DNA from: Anaerolineae bacterium
GTDB taxonomy: Bacteria > Chloroflexota > Anaerolineae > S140-20
Direction: 5' to 3'
Assembly: GCA_027021705.1 (NCBI GenBank)
Contig: JALUTT010000084.1
Location: 1-34,783, forward strand
DNA length: 34,783 bases
Position 1 is the stretch's first letter, and each line of letters starts with the position of its first letter. The translations under genes and the position numbers were made by a program. Below the pieces are notes generated by a model. It saw nothing but the letters and a program-made list of their open reading frames with translations. It had not been told where the DNA came from and did not search any database. Positions 22,190-31,693 of this stretch are shown piece after piece.

Positions 22190-25054
22190 ATGCGTCGTCT
22201 TGTGGCTCTAATGGCCATTCTGGTCCTTCTGGTCAGCGTGGTGCCTCAGGTGATCTCACCCGCCTCAGCCACCCCGCCAGCCCCGCCCATCCGTCTGAAG
22301 GTCGCCACCTTCCGCCCGGCGCTGGGGGAGAAGCCCAACCTGCCCCAGGACCTGGTCATCACCCGGGTCCAGCCAGGGCGGACCGCCTACTACCTGGTTC
22401 AGTTCGCCGGCCCCATCCAGCCGGCCTGGAAGGCTGCGCTGACGAGCGCCGGGGCCGAGATCCTGGAATACGTGCCCGAGTTCGCTTTCAAGGTGCGGAT
22501 GACCCCCTGGGTCGCCGAACAGGTCCGCCGGATGGACAACGTCGTCTGGGTCGGCTTCTTCCATCCGGCCTACAAGCTGAGCCCCACCCTGATCCGGGAG
22601 GGGACGCGCCTCTACACGGTGCGGGTGGAGCCCGGCGTTGACGTCGGGCTGGTGAAGGCCAGCATCACCAACCTCGGTGGGCGGGTCCTCTCCGGCAGCC
22701 AGACCAACCTGCGGATCGTCGCCGATGGGGCGCTGCTGGACGCCATCGCCCGCATCCCCGACGTGGCCTGGATCGAGAACTTCGTCTTCCCGGAGCCGCA
22801 GAACGAGTACGGGGCCGGCATCATCCTGGGAGCCAACACGGCCAACGCCAACGGCTACGACGGCTCCACCCAGATCGTCGCCGTGGCCGACACGGGCCTG
22901 GGGGACGGCACCCCTGAAGGCGCTCACCGGGACGTCCCCGCCAGCCGCATCGTCGCCATCTACGACTGGCCTGGCTCCGACAGCCCCTTCTGCTACGACG
23001 CCATCAACGACGGCCCCCAGGACGTGGACAGCGGTCACGGTACCCACACGACGGGCTCGGTGCTGAGCGACGGCGGTCCCAGCGGTGAGGGGAAGGGCAC
23101 TGCTCCGGCGGCCCGCCTCGTCTTCCAGGCCGTTGAGGACTACGCCGATATGTACGGCTACTGCGCCCTCTTATACGACGACGGCTACTACCTGCTGGGC
23201 ATCCCCGATGACCTCCGCCAGCTCTACCAGCAGGCCTACGACGCCGGCGCCCGCATCCACTCCAACTCCTGGGGGAGCAGCGTTGCCGGTGAGTACACCG
23301 ACGATGCGGCCAACACCGACGACTTTATGTGGACCCATCCCGATATGCTGATCACCTTCTCCGCCGGCAACGCCGGTACCGACGCCAACAGCGACGGCGT
23401 GGTGGACGAGGACTCGATGGGCTCGCCGGCCACGGCCAAGAACGTCCTCTCCGTCGGCGCCAGCGAGAACGACCGCCAGGGCCACTACGAGTGCGACGCC
23501 AACCTCACCTACACCGTCAACGGCGAGAGCTGCCAGAGCAAAGGTGGGATGAACGACGTCGTGACCTACGGCGAGGCCTGGCCCGACGACTTCCCCGCCG
23601 ACCCCCTGGCCAGTGACCCGGCCGCCGGCAACGCCGAGCAGATGGCCGCCTTCTCCAGCCGAGGCCCCACCGACGATGGCCGCATCAAGCCCGACGTCGT
23701 CGCCCCCGGCACCTACGTCCTCTCCGGCTACTCCGACATGTACCAGCAGGGGTATGACTCCTCGCCCAACCCCCAGAACGGCCAGTGGCAGTACGACGGC
23801 TGGGGCTTCCCCCTCGACCAGTACTACAAGTACATGGGCGGCACCTCGATGTCCAACCCCCTGGCCGCCGGCGCGGCCGCCGTCGTGCGGGACTTCTACG
23901 AGAAAGCCTACGGCCACAGCGCCAGCGCCGCCCTGGTCAAGGCGACCCTGATCAACTCGGCCGAGGATATGCTGGACGAGAACAACGACGGCGTGAACGA
24001 CAACGCCTACCCCATCCCCAACAACCACGAGGGGTGGGGGCGGGTGAACGTCGCCAACGCCACCGACGGCACTGCCCAGTTCGTGGATGAGACGACGGGC
24101 CTCCAGACGGGGGATGTCGCCACCTACCAGTTCAACATCGGCACCGGCGGCAATCCCTTCAAGGTCACCCTGGTCTGGACGGACTACCCCGGCTCCACCA
24201 CGGCGGCCAAGACCCTGGTCAACGACCTGGACCTGGTGGTGACGGCCCCTGATGGGACGACCTACCTGGGCAACGTCTTCAGCGGCGGCTGGTCGCAGAC
24301 GGGCGGGAGCGCCGATCGGACGAACAACGTGGAGAATGTCTACGTGCAGGCGGCAGCGGCCGGCACCTGGACGGTGGAGGTGCAGGGCTACAACGTGCCC
24401 AACGGCCCGCAGCCCTTCGCTCTGGTGGTGGATGGCAGCTTTGGCGCCGCGCCGACGCCGACGCCGACGAACACGCCGGTACCGCCGACCGCTACGCCCA
24501 CCAACACACCTGTCCCGCCGACGGCGACACCGACGAACACCCCCGTCCCGCCGACGGCGACGCCCACCAACACCCCGGTGCCGCCGACCGCCACACCCAC
24601 CAACACCCCCGTCCCGCCGACGGCGACACCGACCAACACCCCCGTCCCGCCGACGGCGACGCCCACCAACACCCCGGTGCCCCCCACCCCCACGCCGACC
24701 CCCAGCGCCGCCACGATGCACGTGGGCGACCTGGACGGGAGCAGCGCCTGGGCCTGGGGGAGCTGGCTCTGGCGGGCCACCGTCACCATCGAGGTCCACG
24801 ACGCAAACCACAACCCGGTGGCCAACGCCACGGTCAGCGGCACCTGGAGCGGCGGCTACTCCGGCTCCGACCAGTGCACCACCGGCAGTGACGGTCGGTG
24901 CAGCATCACCACCGGCTACATCTGGCGCTGGAACACCACCACGACCTTCACCGTGGACGACGTGACCCACGCCAGCTACACCTACCAGCCGGGCGACAAC
25001 CACGATCCCGACGGGGACAGCGACGGCACCAGCATCACCATCTCCAGGCCGTAA
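22190..25054 (+). CDS. Secreted S8 subtilase (KP-43-like) with Pro/Thr linker and C-terminal beta domain
   Basis: GGAG-rich RBS and signal peptide; catalytic ADTG, HGTH, GTSMS; SNSWG, FSAGN, FSSRGPTDDGRIKPD; LVNDLDL and NNVE domain. Confidence 0.95.
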   Translation: MRRLVALMAILVLLVSVVPQVISPASATPPAPPIRLKVATFRPALGEKPNLPQDLVITRVQPGRTAYYLVQFAGPIQPAWKAALTSAGAEILEYVPEFAFKVRMTPWVAEQVRRMDNVVWVGFFHPAYKLSPTLIREGTRLYTVRVEPGVDVGLVKASITNLGGRVLSGSQTNLRIVADGALLDAIARIPDVAWIENFVFPEPQNEYGAGIILGANTANANGYDGSTQIVAVADTGLGDGTPEGAHRDVPASRIVAIYDWPGSDSPFCYDAINDGPQDVDSGHGTHTTGSVLSDGGPSGEGKGTAPAARLVFQAVEDYADMYGYCALLYDDGYYLLGIPDDLRQLYQQAYDAGARIHSNSWGSSVAGEYTDDAANTDDFMWTHPDMLITFSAGNAGTDANSDGVVDEDSMGSPATAKNVLSVGASENDRQGHYECDANLTYTVNGESCQSKGGMNDVVTYGEAWPDDFPADPLASDPAAGNAEQMAAFSSRGPTDDGRIKPDVVAPGTYVLSGYSDMYQQGYDSSPNPQNGQWQYDGWGFPLDQYYKYMGGTSMSNPLAAGAAAVVRDFYEKAYGHSASAALVKATLINSAEDMLDENNDGVNDNAYPIPNNHEGWGRVNVANATDGTAQFVDETTGLQTGDVATYQFNIGTGGNPFKVTLVWTDYPGSTTAAKTLVNDLDLVVTAPDGTTYLGNVFSGGWSQTGGSADRTNNVENVYVQAAAAGTWTVEVQGYNVPNGPQPFALVVDGSFGAAPTPTPTNTPVPPTATPTNTPVPPTATPTNTPVPPTATPTNTPVPPTATPTNTPVPPTATPTNTPVPPTATPTNTPVPPTPTPTPSAATMHVGDLDGSSAWAWGSWLWRATVTIEVHDANHNPVANATVSGTWSGGYSGSDQCTTGSDGRCSITTGYIWRWNTTTTFTVDDVTHASYTYQPGDNHDPDGDSDGTSITISRP
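24464..24694 (+). repeat. 33-bp coding repeat, (PTNTPVPPTAT) x6 plus one variant
   Basis: Differences between the six full units are synonymous. Confidence 0.93.
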
Positions 25055-25078
25055 CGCTCACACCGGCTGGCAACATCA

Positions 25079-25118
25079 AGCCCCTGTCGAGCCCTGAGCC
25101 CGACAGGGGCTCCTCTTT
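25079..25118 (+). terminator. Probable intrinsic terminator after the S8 protease
   Basis: AGCCCCTGTCG ... CGACAGGGGCT (11-bp stem) followed by CCTCTTT. Confidence 0.7.
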
Positions 25119-25147
25119 GTGCCACAACAGGCAATTTGTGGTACAAT
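25119..25147 (+). promoter_or_regulatory. Putative extended -10 promoter for ilvE
   Basis: TGgTACAAT at 25139-25147; weak -35 GTGCCA 17 bp upstream of the hexamer. Confidence 0.55.
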
Positions 25148-25282
25148 GAGGCTCCCAGGGGACGCAGCCCCCGGCTCCTCAGCCCCTCACCCCACCCCCC
25201 AAAGGGATGGCCGGTCTGGGTCTTCGCAGCCCCCCGGGGTCACCGCGTAGACGTTGATTGACAAGGAAAGGAGTGTGCACCT

Positions 25283-26257
25283 ATGGCCAGATTCGCCTTT
25301 TTCGAGGGACGGATCGTGCCCATCGAGGAAGCCCGGGTCAGCATCCGCACCCACGCCCTCAACTACGGCACCGGCGTCTTCGGCGGCATCCGGGGCTACT
25401 GGAACCCGGAGCACGAGCAGCTCTACGTCTTCCGCATCGAGGACCACTACCGGCGCTTCCTGAACTCCTGTCGGATGCTCTTCATCAACCTGCCCTACTC
25501 CCTGGAAGAGCTGAAGCAGATCACGCTGGACCTGCTGCGTCAGGAGGCGTACCGGGAGGACTGCTACTGCCGCCCCCTGGCCTACAAGGCCGAGGAGGGC
25601 ATCGGCGTGAAACTGCACGGGCTCCGGGATGCGTTCGCCCTCTTCGCGGAACCCTTCGGGCGCTACCTCCAAAAAGAAGAGGGGGCGCGGGTGATGATCA
25701 GCTCCTGGCGGCGCGTGGATGACAACGCCATCCCGGCCCGGGGCAAGATCACAGGGGCCTACGTCAACAGCGCCCTCATCAAGTCGGAGGCGCTGCTGGC
25801 GGGGTACGACGAGGCCATCGTGCTCACCCAGGACGGCCACGTCTCCGAGGGGAGCGCCGAGAACCTCTTCATGGTACGCCACGGCCGGCTGGTCACCCCG
25901 CCGGTCACCGACAACATCCTGGAGGGGATCACCCGGCGGACGGTGATGGAGTTGGCCCGGCAGGAGCTGGGCGTCCCCGTCGAAGAGCGGACCATTGACC
26001 GCTCTGAGCTCTACATGGCCGACGAGCTCTTCTTCTGCGGCACCGGGGTGCAGATCGCCGCCATCATTGAGGTGGATGGACGGCCCATCGGTGGGGGAAA
26101 GATGGGGCCGTTCGTCAAGCAGTTGCGAAGCCTCTACTTCGACGTGGTGCGGGGCAACCTCCCGGCCTATCGGGAGCGCTGGTGCACCCCCGTCTACGAG
26201 ACGGCGGTGGGCGAGGAGGCCGTCGAGCACCGGGAGCGGGTGGTGGGCAGCGGATAG
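25283..26257 (+). CDS. ilvE: Branched-chain amino acid aminotransferase
   Basis: HALNYGTGVFGGIR, KITGAYVNS, GYDEAI, EGSAENLF, ILEGITR, ELFFCGTG. Confidence 0.93.
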   Translation: MARFAFFEGRIVPIEEARVSIRTHALNYGTGVFGGIRGYWNPEHEQLYVFRIEDHYRRFLNSCRMLFINLPYSLEELKQITLDLLRQEAYREDCYCRPLAYKAEEGIGVKLHGLRDAFALFAEPFGRYLQKEEGARVMISSWRRVDDNAIPARGKITGAYVNSALIKSEALLAGYDEAIVLTQDGHVSEGSAENLFMVRHGRLVTPPVTDNILEGITRRTVMELARQELGVPVEERTIDRSELYMADELFFCGTGVQIAAIIEVDGRPIGGGKMGPFVKQLRSLYFDVVRGNLPAYRERWCTPVYETAVGEEAVEHRERVVGSG

Positions 26258-26261
26258 GGGG

Positions 26262-27062
26262 CTACCCCCCCTGCCCATCCATCCCCCGGCGCAGGGAGGC
26301 GACGAAAGTCCTGGCCGCCGCCACCGGATCCGCCCCGCTGCCGATCGCCCGGAGCAGCGCACTGCCCACGATGACGCCGTCGGCGATGCGGGCCACCCGC
26401 GCCGCCTGCTCCGGGCGACCGATGCCGAAGCCGACGGCCAGGGGGAGGTCGGTCACCTGCCGCACCCGGGCCACGAAGCGCTCCAGGTCGGACGGCAGTC
26501 GGTCCCGCGCCCCCGTGACGCCCGTCAGCGAGACCAGGTAGAGGAAGCCGCCGGCCCGCCGGGCCACGGAACGGACGCGGGCGTCGTCGGTGGTGGGGGC
26601 CAGGAGGAAGATCAGGTCCAGCCCCTGCCCCCGCAGCGCCGCCTGCAGGGGCTCCGACTCCTCCGGCGGCAGGTCGGGCACGATGACGCCGTCCACGCCG
26701 GCCTCGGCTGCCCGGCGGGCAAAGCCCTCCAGCCCCATCTGGAAGAAGGGGTTGTAGTAGCCCATCAGGATGAGGGGGACAGCGACGCCCCGCTCCCGCA
26801 GCGCGGCCACCTGCTCCAGGCAGAGGGCCGGCGTCATGCCGTTGGCCAGGGCCTGCTGAGAGGCGGCCTGGATGGTCGCCCCATCGGCCAGGGGGTCGCT
26901 GAAGGGCACCCCCAGTTCGATCAGGTCGGCGCCCGCCTCGACCAGGGCGGGCACCAACTCCAGAGCGCTCTCCCGGTGGGGATAGCCCATCGTCAGGAAA
27001 GGCATCAGCGCCGTCCGTCCGGCCCGGCGCAGCCCCTCGAAAGCGGTGGTGATCCGGCTCAT
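26262..27062 (-). CDS. trpA: Tryptophan synthase alpha chain
   Basis: [52 protein letters not shown]. Confidence 0.98.
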   Translation of the reverse strand: MSRITTAFEGLRRAGRTALMPFLTMGYPHRESALELVPALVEAGADLIELGVPFSDPLADGATIQAASQQALANGMTPALCLEQVAALRERGVAVPLILMGYYNPFFQMGLEGFARRAAEAGVDGVIVPDLPPEESEPLQAALRGQGLDLIFLLAPTTDDARVRSVARRAGGFLYLVSLTGVTGARDRLPSDLERFVARVRQVTDLPLAVGFGIGRPEQAARVARIADGVIVGSALLRAIGSGADPVAAARTFVASLRRGMDGQGG

Positions 27063-27086
27063 CAGGCGACTCCCGTGACAGTGGTC

Positions 27087-27146
27087 ACCCTCCCGCAGGT
27101 CACACGGTGCCCGGCGACAGGCCGTGGGGGGAACCTGCGGGAGGGT
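27087..27146. mobile_element. MITE/REPIN-like element, 14-bp TIR (60 bp), between trpB and trpA
   Basis: Perfect ACCCTCCCGCAGGT / ACCTGCGGGAGGGT; interior looks like a deletion derivative of 29155-29251. Confidence 0.82.
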
Positions 27147-27149
27147 GGA

Positions 27150-28367
27150 CTATGTCTCCACCCCCAGGGCGGCGGCCACCGTGGGCATATCCTTGTCCCC
27201 CCGCCCGCTGATGTTGACGATCACCAACTGGTCGGGGCGCATCCGGGGGGCCCGCTTGATGACCTCGGCCACGGCGTGGGCGCTCTCCAGGGCGGGGATG
27301 ATCCCCTCCAGCTCGCTCAGCCGCCGGAGCGCCTCCAGGGCCTCCTCGTCGGTGGCGTAGGTGTACTCGGCCCGCCCGATCTCCCGCAGCCAGGCGTGCT
27401 CCGGCCCCACGGCGGCGTAGTCCAGGCCGGCCGAGATGCTGTGGGTCAGGGCGATCTGGCCGTCGGGGTCCTGGAGCACGTAGGTCTGGGTCCCGTGGAG
27501 CACCCCCAGCCGGCCCCGCTGAGGGTCGGCGAAACGGGCCGCGTGGCGCCCGCTGGCGATCCCCTCCCCCCCCGCCTCGACGCCGACCAACGCCACCCCC
27601 TCGTCCTGGAGGAAGGGATGGAAGAGACCGATGGCGTTGGAGCCGCCGCCGACGCAGGCGATCACCAGGTCGGGCAGCCGGCCCTCGGCTTCCAGGATCT
27701 GCCGACGGGCCTCCTCGCCGATCACCCGCTGGAAGTCGCGGACGATGCGGGGGTAGGGATGGGGGCCCAGGGCCGAGCCCAGCAGGTAGTGGGTGGTGCG
27801 GACGTTGGTCACCCAGTCCCGGATGGCCTCGTTGATGGCGTCCTTGAGGGTGCGGCTGCCGGCCTCCACCGCCCGAACCTCCGCGCCCAGTAGCCTCATC
27901 CGAAAGACGTTGAGCCGCTGACGCTCCATGTCCACCGCGCCCATGTAGATGACGCACTCCAGCCCCAGAAGGGCGCAGACGGTGGCGGTGGCGACACCGT
28001 GCTGACCGGCCCCCGTCTCGGCGACGATGCGCCGCTTCCCCATCCGGCGGGCCAGGAGCGCTTGGCCCAGGGCGTTGTTGATCTTGTGGGCTCCCGTGTG
28101 GGCCAGGTCCTCCCGCTTGAGGTAGATGGTCGCCCCACCCAGGGCGGCGCTCAGGCGGCGGGCCGGCGTCAGCGGCGTGGGCCGACCGGCGTAGTCGCGC
28201 AGGAGGGCGCGGAACTCGGCCTGGAAGGCAGGGTCGGTGCGGGCAGCCTCGTAGGCCGCTTCCAGCTCCCGGACGGCCGGCACCAGCGTCTCGGGGACGA
28301 AGGCACCGCCGTAGGGGCCGTAGCGGGGGCCGTCGGAGAGGGCGAGGGAAGGGCTGGCCTCGCTCAT
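27150..28367 (-). CDS. trpB: Tryptophan synthase beta chain
   Basis: [62 protein letters not shown]. Confidence 0.98.
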   Translation of the reverse strand: MSEASPSLALSDGPRYGPYGGAFVPETLVPAVRELEAAYEAARTDPAFQAEFRALLRDYAGRPTPLTPARRLSAALGGATIYLKREDLAHTGAHKINNALGQALLARRMGKRRIVAETGAGQHGVATATVCALLGLECVIYMGAVDMERQRLNVFRMRLLGAEVRAVEAGSRTLKDAINEAIRDWVTNVRTTHYLLGSALGPHPYPRIVRDFQRVIGEEARRQILEAEGRLPDLVIACVGGGSNAIGLFHPFLQDEGVALVGVEAGGEGIASGRHAARFADPQRGRLGVLHGTQTYVLQDPDGQIALTHSISAGLDYAAVGPEHAWLREIGRAEYTYATDEEALEALRRLSELEGIIPALESAHAVAEVIKRAPRMRPDQLVIVNISGRGDKDMPTVAAALGVET

Positions 28368-28957
28368 TGCTGCCTGCGCTCGATGCCTGCCAGCAGGATC
28401 CCCGCTGCGACCAGGAGCCGCCGGTCAATGGGAGGCTCCGGCTCCAGGATGGTCATCGTGTACTTGAGCACGAAGGGGTTGAAGTGCTGGCGGATCGTGG
28501 CCACCGTCCGACCATCCCCGGCCACCGCCACGTAGTCCTGGGGGATCAGGTTGATGAAGCGGCTGAGGAGGGCGCCGGCCGTGCTCTTCTCCATCAGCCG
28601 GCCCACCTCCTGCTCGTCGGGAGAGAGGAAGAGCCATTCATCCTTGAGGATGGACTTGAGCGCCTTCCGGCGGAGGGCACCGACCACCTCGCCCGTCGTC
28701 GCATCCCGCACGTAGTAGGTGGCCCCCAGGTCGAGGATCTGGGGCGTCTTGATGGTCAGGAGCTCCTGGGACTTCTGCTCATCGGCGTAGATGCGGAAAT
28801 CCTCCCGCAGCTTGAAGGCTTTCTGCTCCGAGTAGAAGAGCAGGTTGCCGGCCTCGTCGTAGACGTGGAAGGCCCCGCCGAAGAGCCGGAGGACCTTGCG
28901 CCGGAAGAGGTAACGGTTGTGCTGGAACGCCGGATGAAGTGTCGAGGTTGTGGACAT
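28364..28957 (-). CDS. Hypothetical protein, LURP-one/scramblase (Tubby C-like) fold likely
   Basis: AAGGAGG before ATG 28957; [39 protein letters not shown]; stop overlaps the trpB start (ATGA). Confidence 0.75.
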   Translation of the reverse strand: MSTTSTLHPAFQHNRYLFRRKVLRLFGGAFHVYDEAGNLLFYSEQKAFKLREDFRIYADEQKSQELLTIKTPQILDLGATYYVRDATTGEVVGALRRKALKSILKDEWLFLSPDEQEVGRLMEKSTAGALLSRFINLIPQDYVAVAGDGRTVATIRQHFNPFVLKYTMTILEPEPPIDRRLLVAAGILLAGIERRQQ

Positions 28958-28999
28958 CTTCGCCTCCTTACGACAACTTTTGACAACTCGTAACCGCTC

Positions 29000-29096
29000 A
29001 CCCTCCCGCAGGTTAGGCGCGTTTCCGACGCGAAACCGTGCTTCCAATAGCCCATCGGGGCTGAAAGCGCCCTCGACCGGTGACCTGCGGGAGGGT
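29000..29096. mobile_element. MITE/REPIN-like element, 14-bp TIR (97 bp)
   Basis: Perfect TIRs at 29000-29013 and 29083-29096. Confidence 0.82.
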
Positions 29097-29154
29097 AGGC
29101 TAACTCCCCCCAAAGTGTACACCGACATCCGAAAAAATTCAACCACCCCCAGAG

Positions 29155-29251
29155 ACCCTCCCGCAGGTCCCGCGGTGCCCGGCGACCGCCGTAGCATATC
29201 GAAGGCTGCCTACGAGGCGCTTCAGGCCGTGGGGAGGACCTGCGGGAGGGT
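29155..29251. mobile_element. MITE/REPIN-like element, 14-bp TIR (97 bp)
   Basis: Perfect TIRs at 29155-29168 and 29238-29251. Confidence 0.82.
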
Positions 29252-29286
29252 TCCTCCCAGGGTTAGAGCGCTGAAAAGCCCCAGGG

Positions 29287-30432
29287 TCAATCGTCGGCGA
29301 GGGAGAAGAGGGGAAGCTGGTGGTCGGGGCGACGGCCATCCAGCAGGATGAAGGGCGCGGCCCGGTCCGCCGCAACGCCCAACCGGCGCAGATCGGCCAG
29401 ACTCCGCAGACGGCCCCGGCGGCGGGCCTGCAGGAGCTTGTCGGCCCCCCGGGGACCGATGCCGGGCACCCGCAGGAGCATCTCCCGGTCGGCCCGGTTC
29501 AGTTCGACGGGGGCCTGGGCCAGGTGACGCCGGGCCCACACCAGCTTGGGATCGGCCTCCAGGGGCAGGTTGCCCTGGGCATCGTAGACCAGTTCCTCGG
29601 CCCGGAAGCCGTAGTCACGCAGGAGAAAATCGGCCTGATAGAGGCGGTGTTCTCGCAGGGGCGGGGTGGGCGGGTGCCCTTCCAGCGGGGTGCCGGGGAT
29701 GGGGCGGAAGGCGCTGAAGTAGGCGCGGGCCAGCCCCACCGTCCGCCGCAGGTAGTCGGTGGTGCGCAGCAGCTCCCGATCGCTCTCGCCGGCCGCCCCG
29801 ACGACGAACTGGGTGGTCTGGCTGGGGCCACGCCCCCACCGACGCCGGAGCTCGGCTGCGTAGCGCAGGGGGCGCACCAACTCCTCGATGAGGGCCTTCT
29901 GGGGGGCCAGGCGGGCCAGCCGGGCCTGGTTGGGTGCCTCCAGGTTGACCGAGACCCGGTCGGCCAGCCGCATCGCCTGGGCCACCTGATCCTGCTCGGC
30001 CCCGGGCATCAGCTTGAGATGGATGTAGCCCCGGAACCGGTAGCGGCGTCGGAGGAGTTCCGCCGTCGCCAGGAGCCGGTCCTGAGTGCGCACCCCCCCG
30101 CCCACCAGGCCGGAGCTGAGGAAGACGCCCTGGATGAGGCCGGCCCGGTGCATCTGGTCGCACAGGGCTGCCAGTTCATCGGGCGTGAAGGTGACGCGGC
30201 GGAAGTCCCGCCCGGCCCGGAAGGGGCAGTAGAGACAGTTCCGCTCGCAGGCGCTGGTCAGCAGCGTCTTGAGCAGGGGGATGCGCCGTCCCCCCGGCAG
30301 GACCGCCTGGTGGATCATCCCCCGCAGGGGGTCTCCGGGAAGGCCGCAGGAGCCCCCCTGGGGAGGCACCTCCTCGGCCGGCTCGAACCGGGCGGCTGCG
30401 CTCAGGCGCTTCAGCTTCTCCCGACAGTCCAT
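29287..30432 (-). CDS. Putative DNA modification/repair radical SAM protein with C-terminal helix-hairpin-helix (TIGR03916-like)
   Basis: CERNCLYC; GVFLSSG; GYIHLKLMPG; ADRVSVNLE; REHRLYQADFLLRDYGF; LLRVPGIG; AGGAGG RBS. Confidence 0.92.
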   Translation of the reverse strand: MDCREKLKRLSAAARFEPAEEVPPQGGSCGLPGDPLRGMIHQAVLPGGRRIPLLKTLLTSACERNCLYCPFRAGRDFRRVTFTPDELAALCDQMHRAGLIQGVFLSSGLVGGGVRTQDRLLATAELLRRRYRFRGYIHLKLMPGAEQDQVAQAMRLADRVSVNLEAPNQARLARLAPQKALIEELVRPLRYAAELRRRWGRGPSQTTQFVVGAAGESDRELLRTTDYLRRTVGLARAYFSAFRPIPGTPLEGHPPTPPLREHRLYQADFLLRDYGFRAEELVYDAQGNLPLEADPKLVWARRHLAQAPVELNRADREMLLRVPGIGPRGADKLLQARRRGRLRSLADLRRLGVAADRAAPFILLDGRRPDHQLPLFSLADD

Positions 30433-30485
30433 CACGGCCTCCTGGACGGGCGGTGGGCAATGATCGGCAGTGCCCACCCACCCTT

Positions 30486-30514
30486 ATCATACGCACAAAC
30501 GTTCGATTTGTCAA
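30486..30514 (-). promoter_or_regulatory. Sigma-70 promoter with a putative LexA (SOS) box in its spacer
   Basis: Minus strand TTGACA-N17-TATGAT; spacer holds CGAAC-gttt-GTGCG (30492-30505), one mismatch from CGAAC-N4-GTTCG. Confidence 0.8.
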
Positions 30515-30572
30515 GGAGGGTTCATCGGAGCGGTGATTACCCACAAGGGAGTGAGAGCGTGGTCCGTAGCAG

Positions 30573-30649
30573 GCCGTCCACGAATTTCTCACCAATGCAC
30601 GAATGAGGCGGTCCTCAATTCGTGTATTCGTGCCCCATTCGTGGACGGC
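30573..30649. repeat. Nested palindromic element built from CACGAAT units
   Basis: 13-bp IR GCCGTCCACGAAT / ATTCGTGGACGGC; inner imperfect IR at 30594-30628. Confidence 0.8.
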
Positions 30650-30698
30650 TCGTCTCCCTATCTCCAAAGATATGGGTAATCACCGGTTCATCGGTTCC

Positions 30699-30727
30699 TT
30701 GACGAAAGGGCCGAAATGGGCTACAAT
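30699..30727 (+). promoter_or_regulatory. Sigma-70 promoter for rplY
   Basis: TTGACG-N17-TACAAT. Confidence 0.8.
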
Positions 30728-30762
30728 TCGGCGGCTGTTATCCCCCTATGAGGAGTGTGATG

Positions 30763-31434
30763 ATGGAGCAGACAGAACTGACCGCTCAGCGCCGCACGAT
30801 CACCGGCAAGAAGGTCAAGCGCTTGCGCCAGCAAGGGATCATCCCGGCCGTGCTCTACGGACCCGGCGTTGAATCCATCCCCATCCAGGTGGAGGAGCGG
30901 GCGCTGAACCGGGCGATGCGCCGAGCCGGCCAACGGCTGATCAACCTGCGGATCGAGGGAGACCCCCAGCCCCACCGGGTCCTGGCCCGAGAGGTGCAGC
31001 GAGACGTGATCACCGGACGAGTCCTGCACGTGGACTTCCTGGAGGTGAGCCTGACCCAGAAGCTCACGACGCGGGTGCCCGTCGTCCTGGTGGGCGAGCC
31101 GGACCCCGTGCACCGGGGGCTGGCGGTGCTGCTCCAGGGCGTGGACGAGGTGGAGATCTCCTGCCTCCCCGAGGACCTCATCTCCTCCATCGAGGTAGAC
31201 GTGAGCGACCTTAAGCTGGACCAGGTCCTCCAGGTGAAGGACCTGCGGGTGCCGGCCGGCGTCGAGATCCTGACCGAGCCTGAGGAGATGGTCGCCCAGT
31301 TGAGCCTGCTCCGGGTGGCCAAGGCGCAACTGGCCGAAGAGGAGGCCGTAGAAGAGGAAGTCTCGCCGGACGAGGTGGAGGTGATCGCCAAGGGCAAGAC
31401 CGCCGCCGAGGAGGAGTTGGACGAGGGCGCGTAA
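30763..31434 (+). CDS. rplY: 50S ribosomal protein bL25 / general stress protein Ctc
   Basis: GKKVKRLRQQGIIPAVLYG, REVQRD..LHVDF, Ctc domain, acidic tail. Start is ATG 30760 or 30763 after GAGGAG. Confidence 0.95.
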   Translation: MEQTELTAQRRTITGKKVKRLRQQGIIPAVLYGPGVESIPIQVEERALNRAMRRAGQRLINLRIEGDPQPHRVLAREVQRDVITGRVLHVDFLEVSLTQKLTTRVPVVLVGEPDPVHRGLAVLLQGVDEVEISCLPEDLISSIEVDVSDLKLDQVLQVKDLRVPAGVEILTEPEEMVAQLSLLRVAKAQLAEEEAVEEEVSPDEVEVIAKGKTAAEEELDEGA

Positions 31435-31598
31435 TGCCGACGGCTGCCGGAGCCATCCACCACCGGCGTCCATCGTGCCTCCCGCACCGCCCAGACCTTC
31501 TCCGTCCCATCCCCGAAAGAAGCCGCCGGCCCGCTCCCCCTCGCCGACCGCCGGCACCACCACCAAGCGGTTCCCAACCTACCCAGCAGGCCAGAGCC

Positions 31599-31671
31599 GT
31601 GGCGTAGCGCAAGAGGCCATCTTGTGCCACCGACCAAGGGTGGCGTAGCGCAAGATGACATCTTGCGCTAC
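31599..31671. repeat. Two tandem 27-bp GTAG-type REP-like palindromes
   Basis: 31604-31630 GTAGCGCAAGAGGCCATCTTGTGCCAC and 31645-31671 GTAGCGCAAGATGACATCTTGCGCTAC; both preceded by GTGGC. Confidence 0.85.
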
Positions 31672-31693
31672 TGGTTATGGAAAGGAGGCACCT

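Noticed and set aside
24464..24694. 33-bp repeat as a mobile or regulatory array
   Set aside because: An ordinary Pro/Thr linker; synonymous variation shows protein-level constraint.
25148..25282. T-box or attenuator upstream of ilvE
   Set aside because: No T-box motif, Ile/Leu/Val-rich leader peptide or terminator/antiterminator could be identified.
28958..29197. Upstream extension of the LURP-one-like ORF
   Set aside because: Runs through TIR elements; a strong AAGGAGG precedes ATG 28957.
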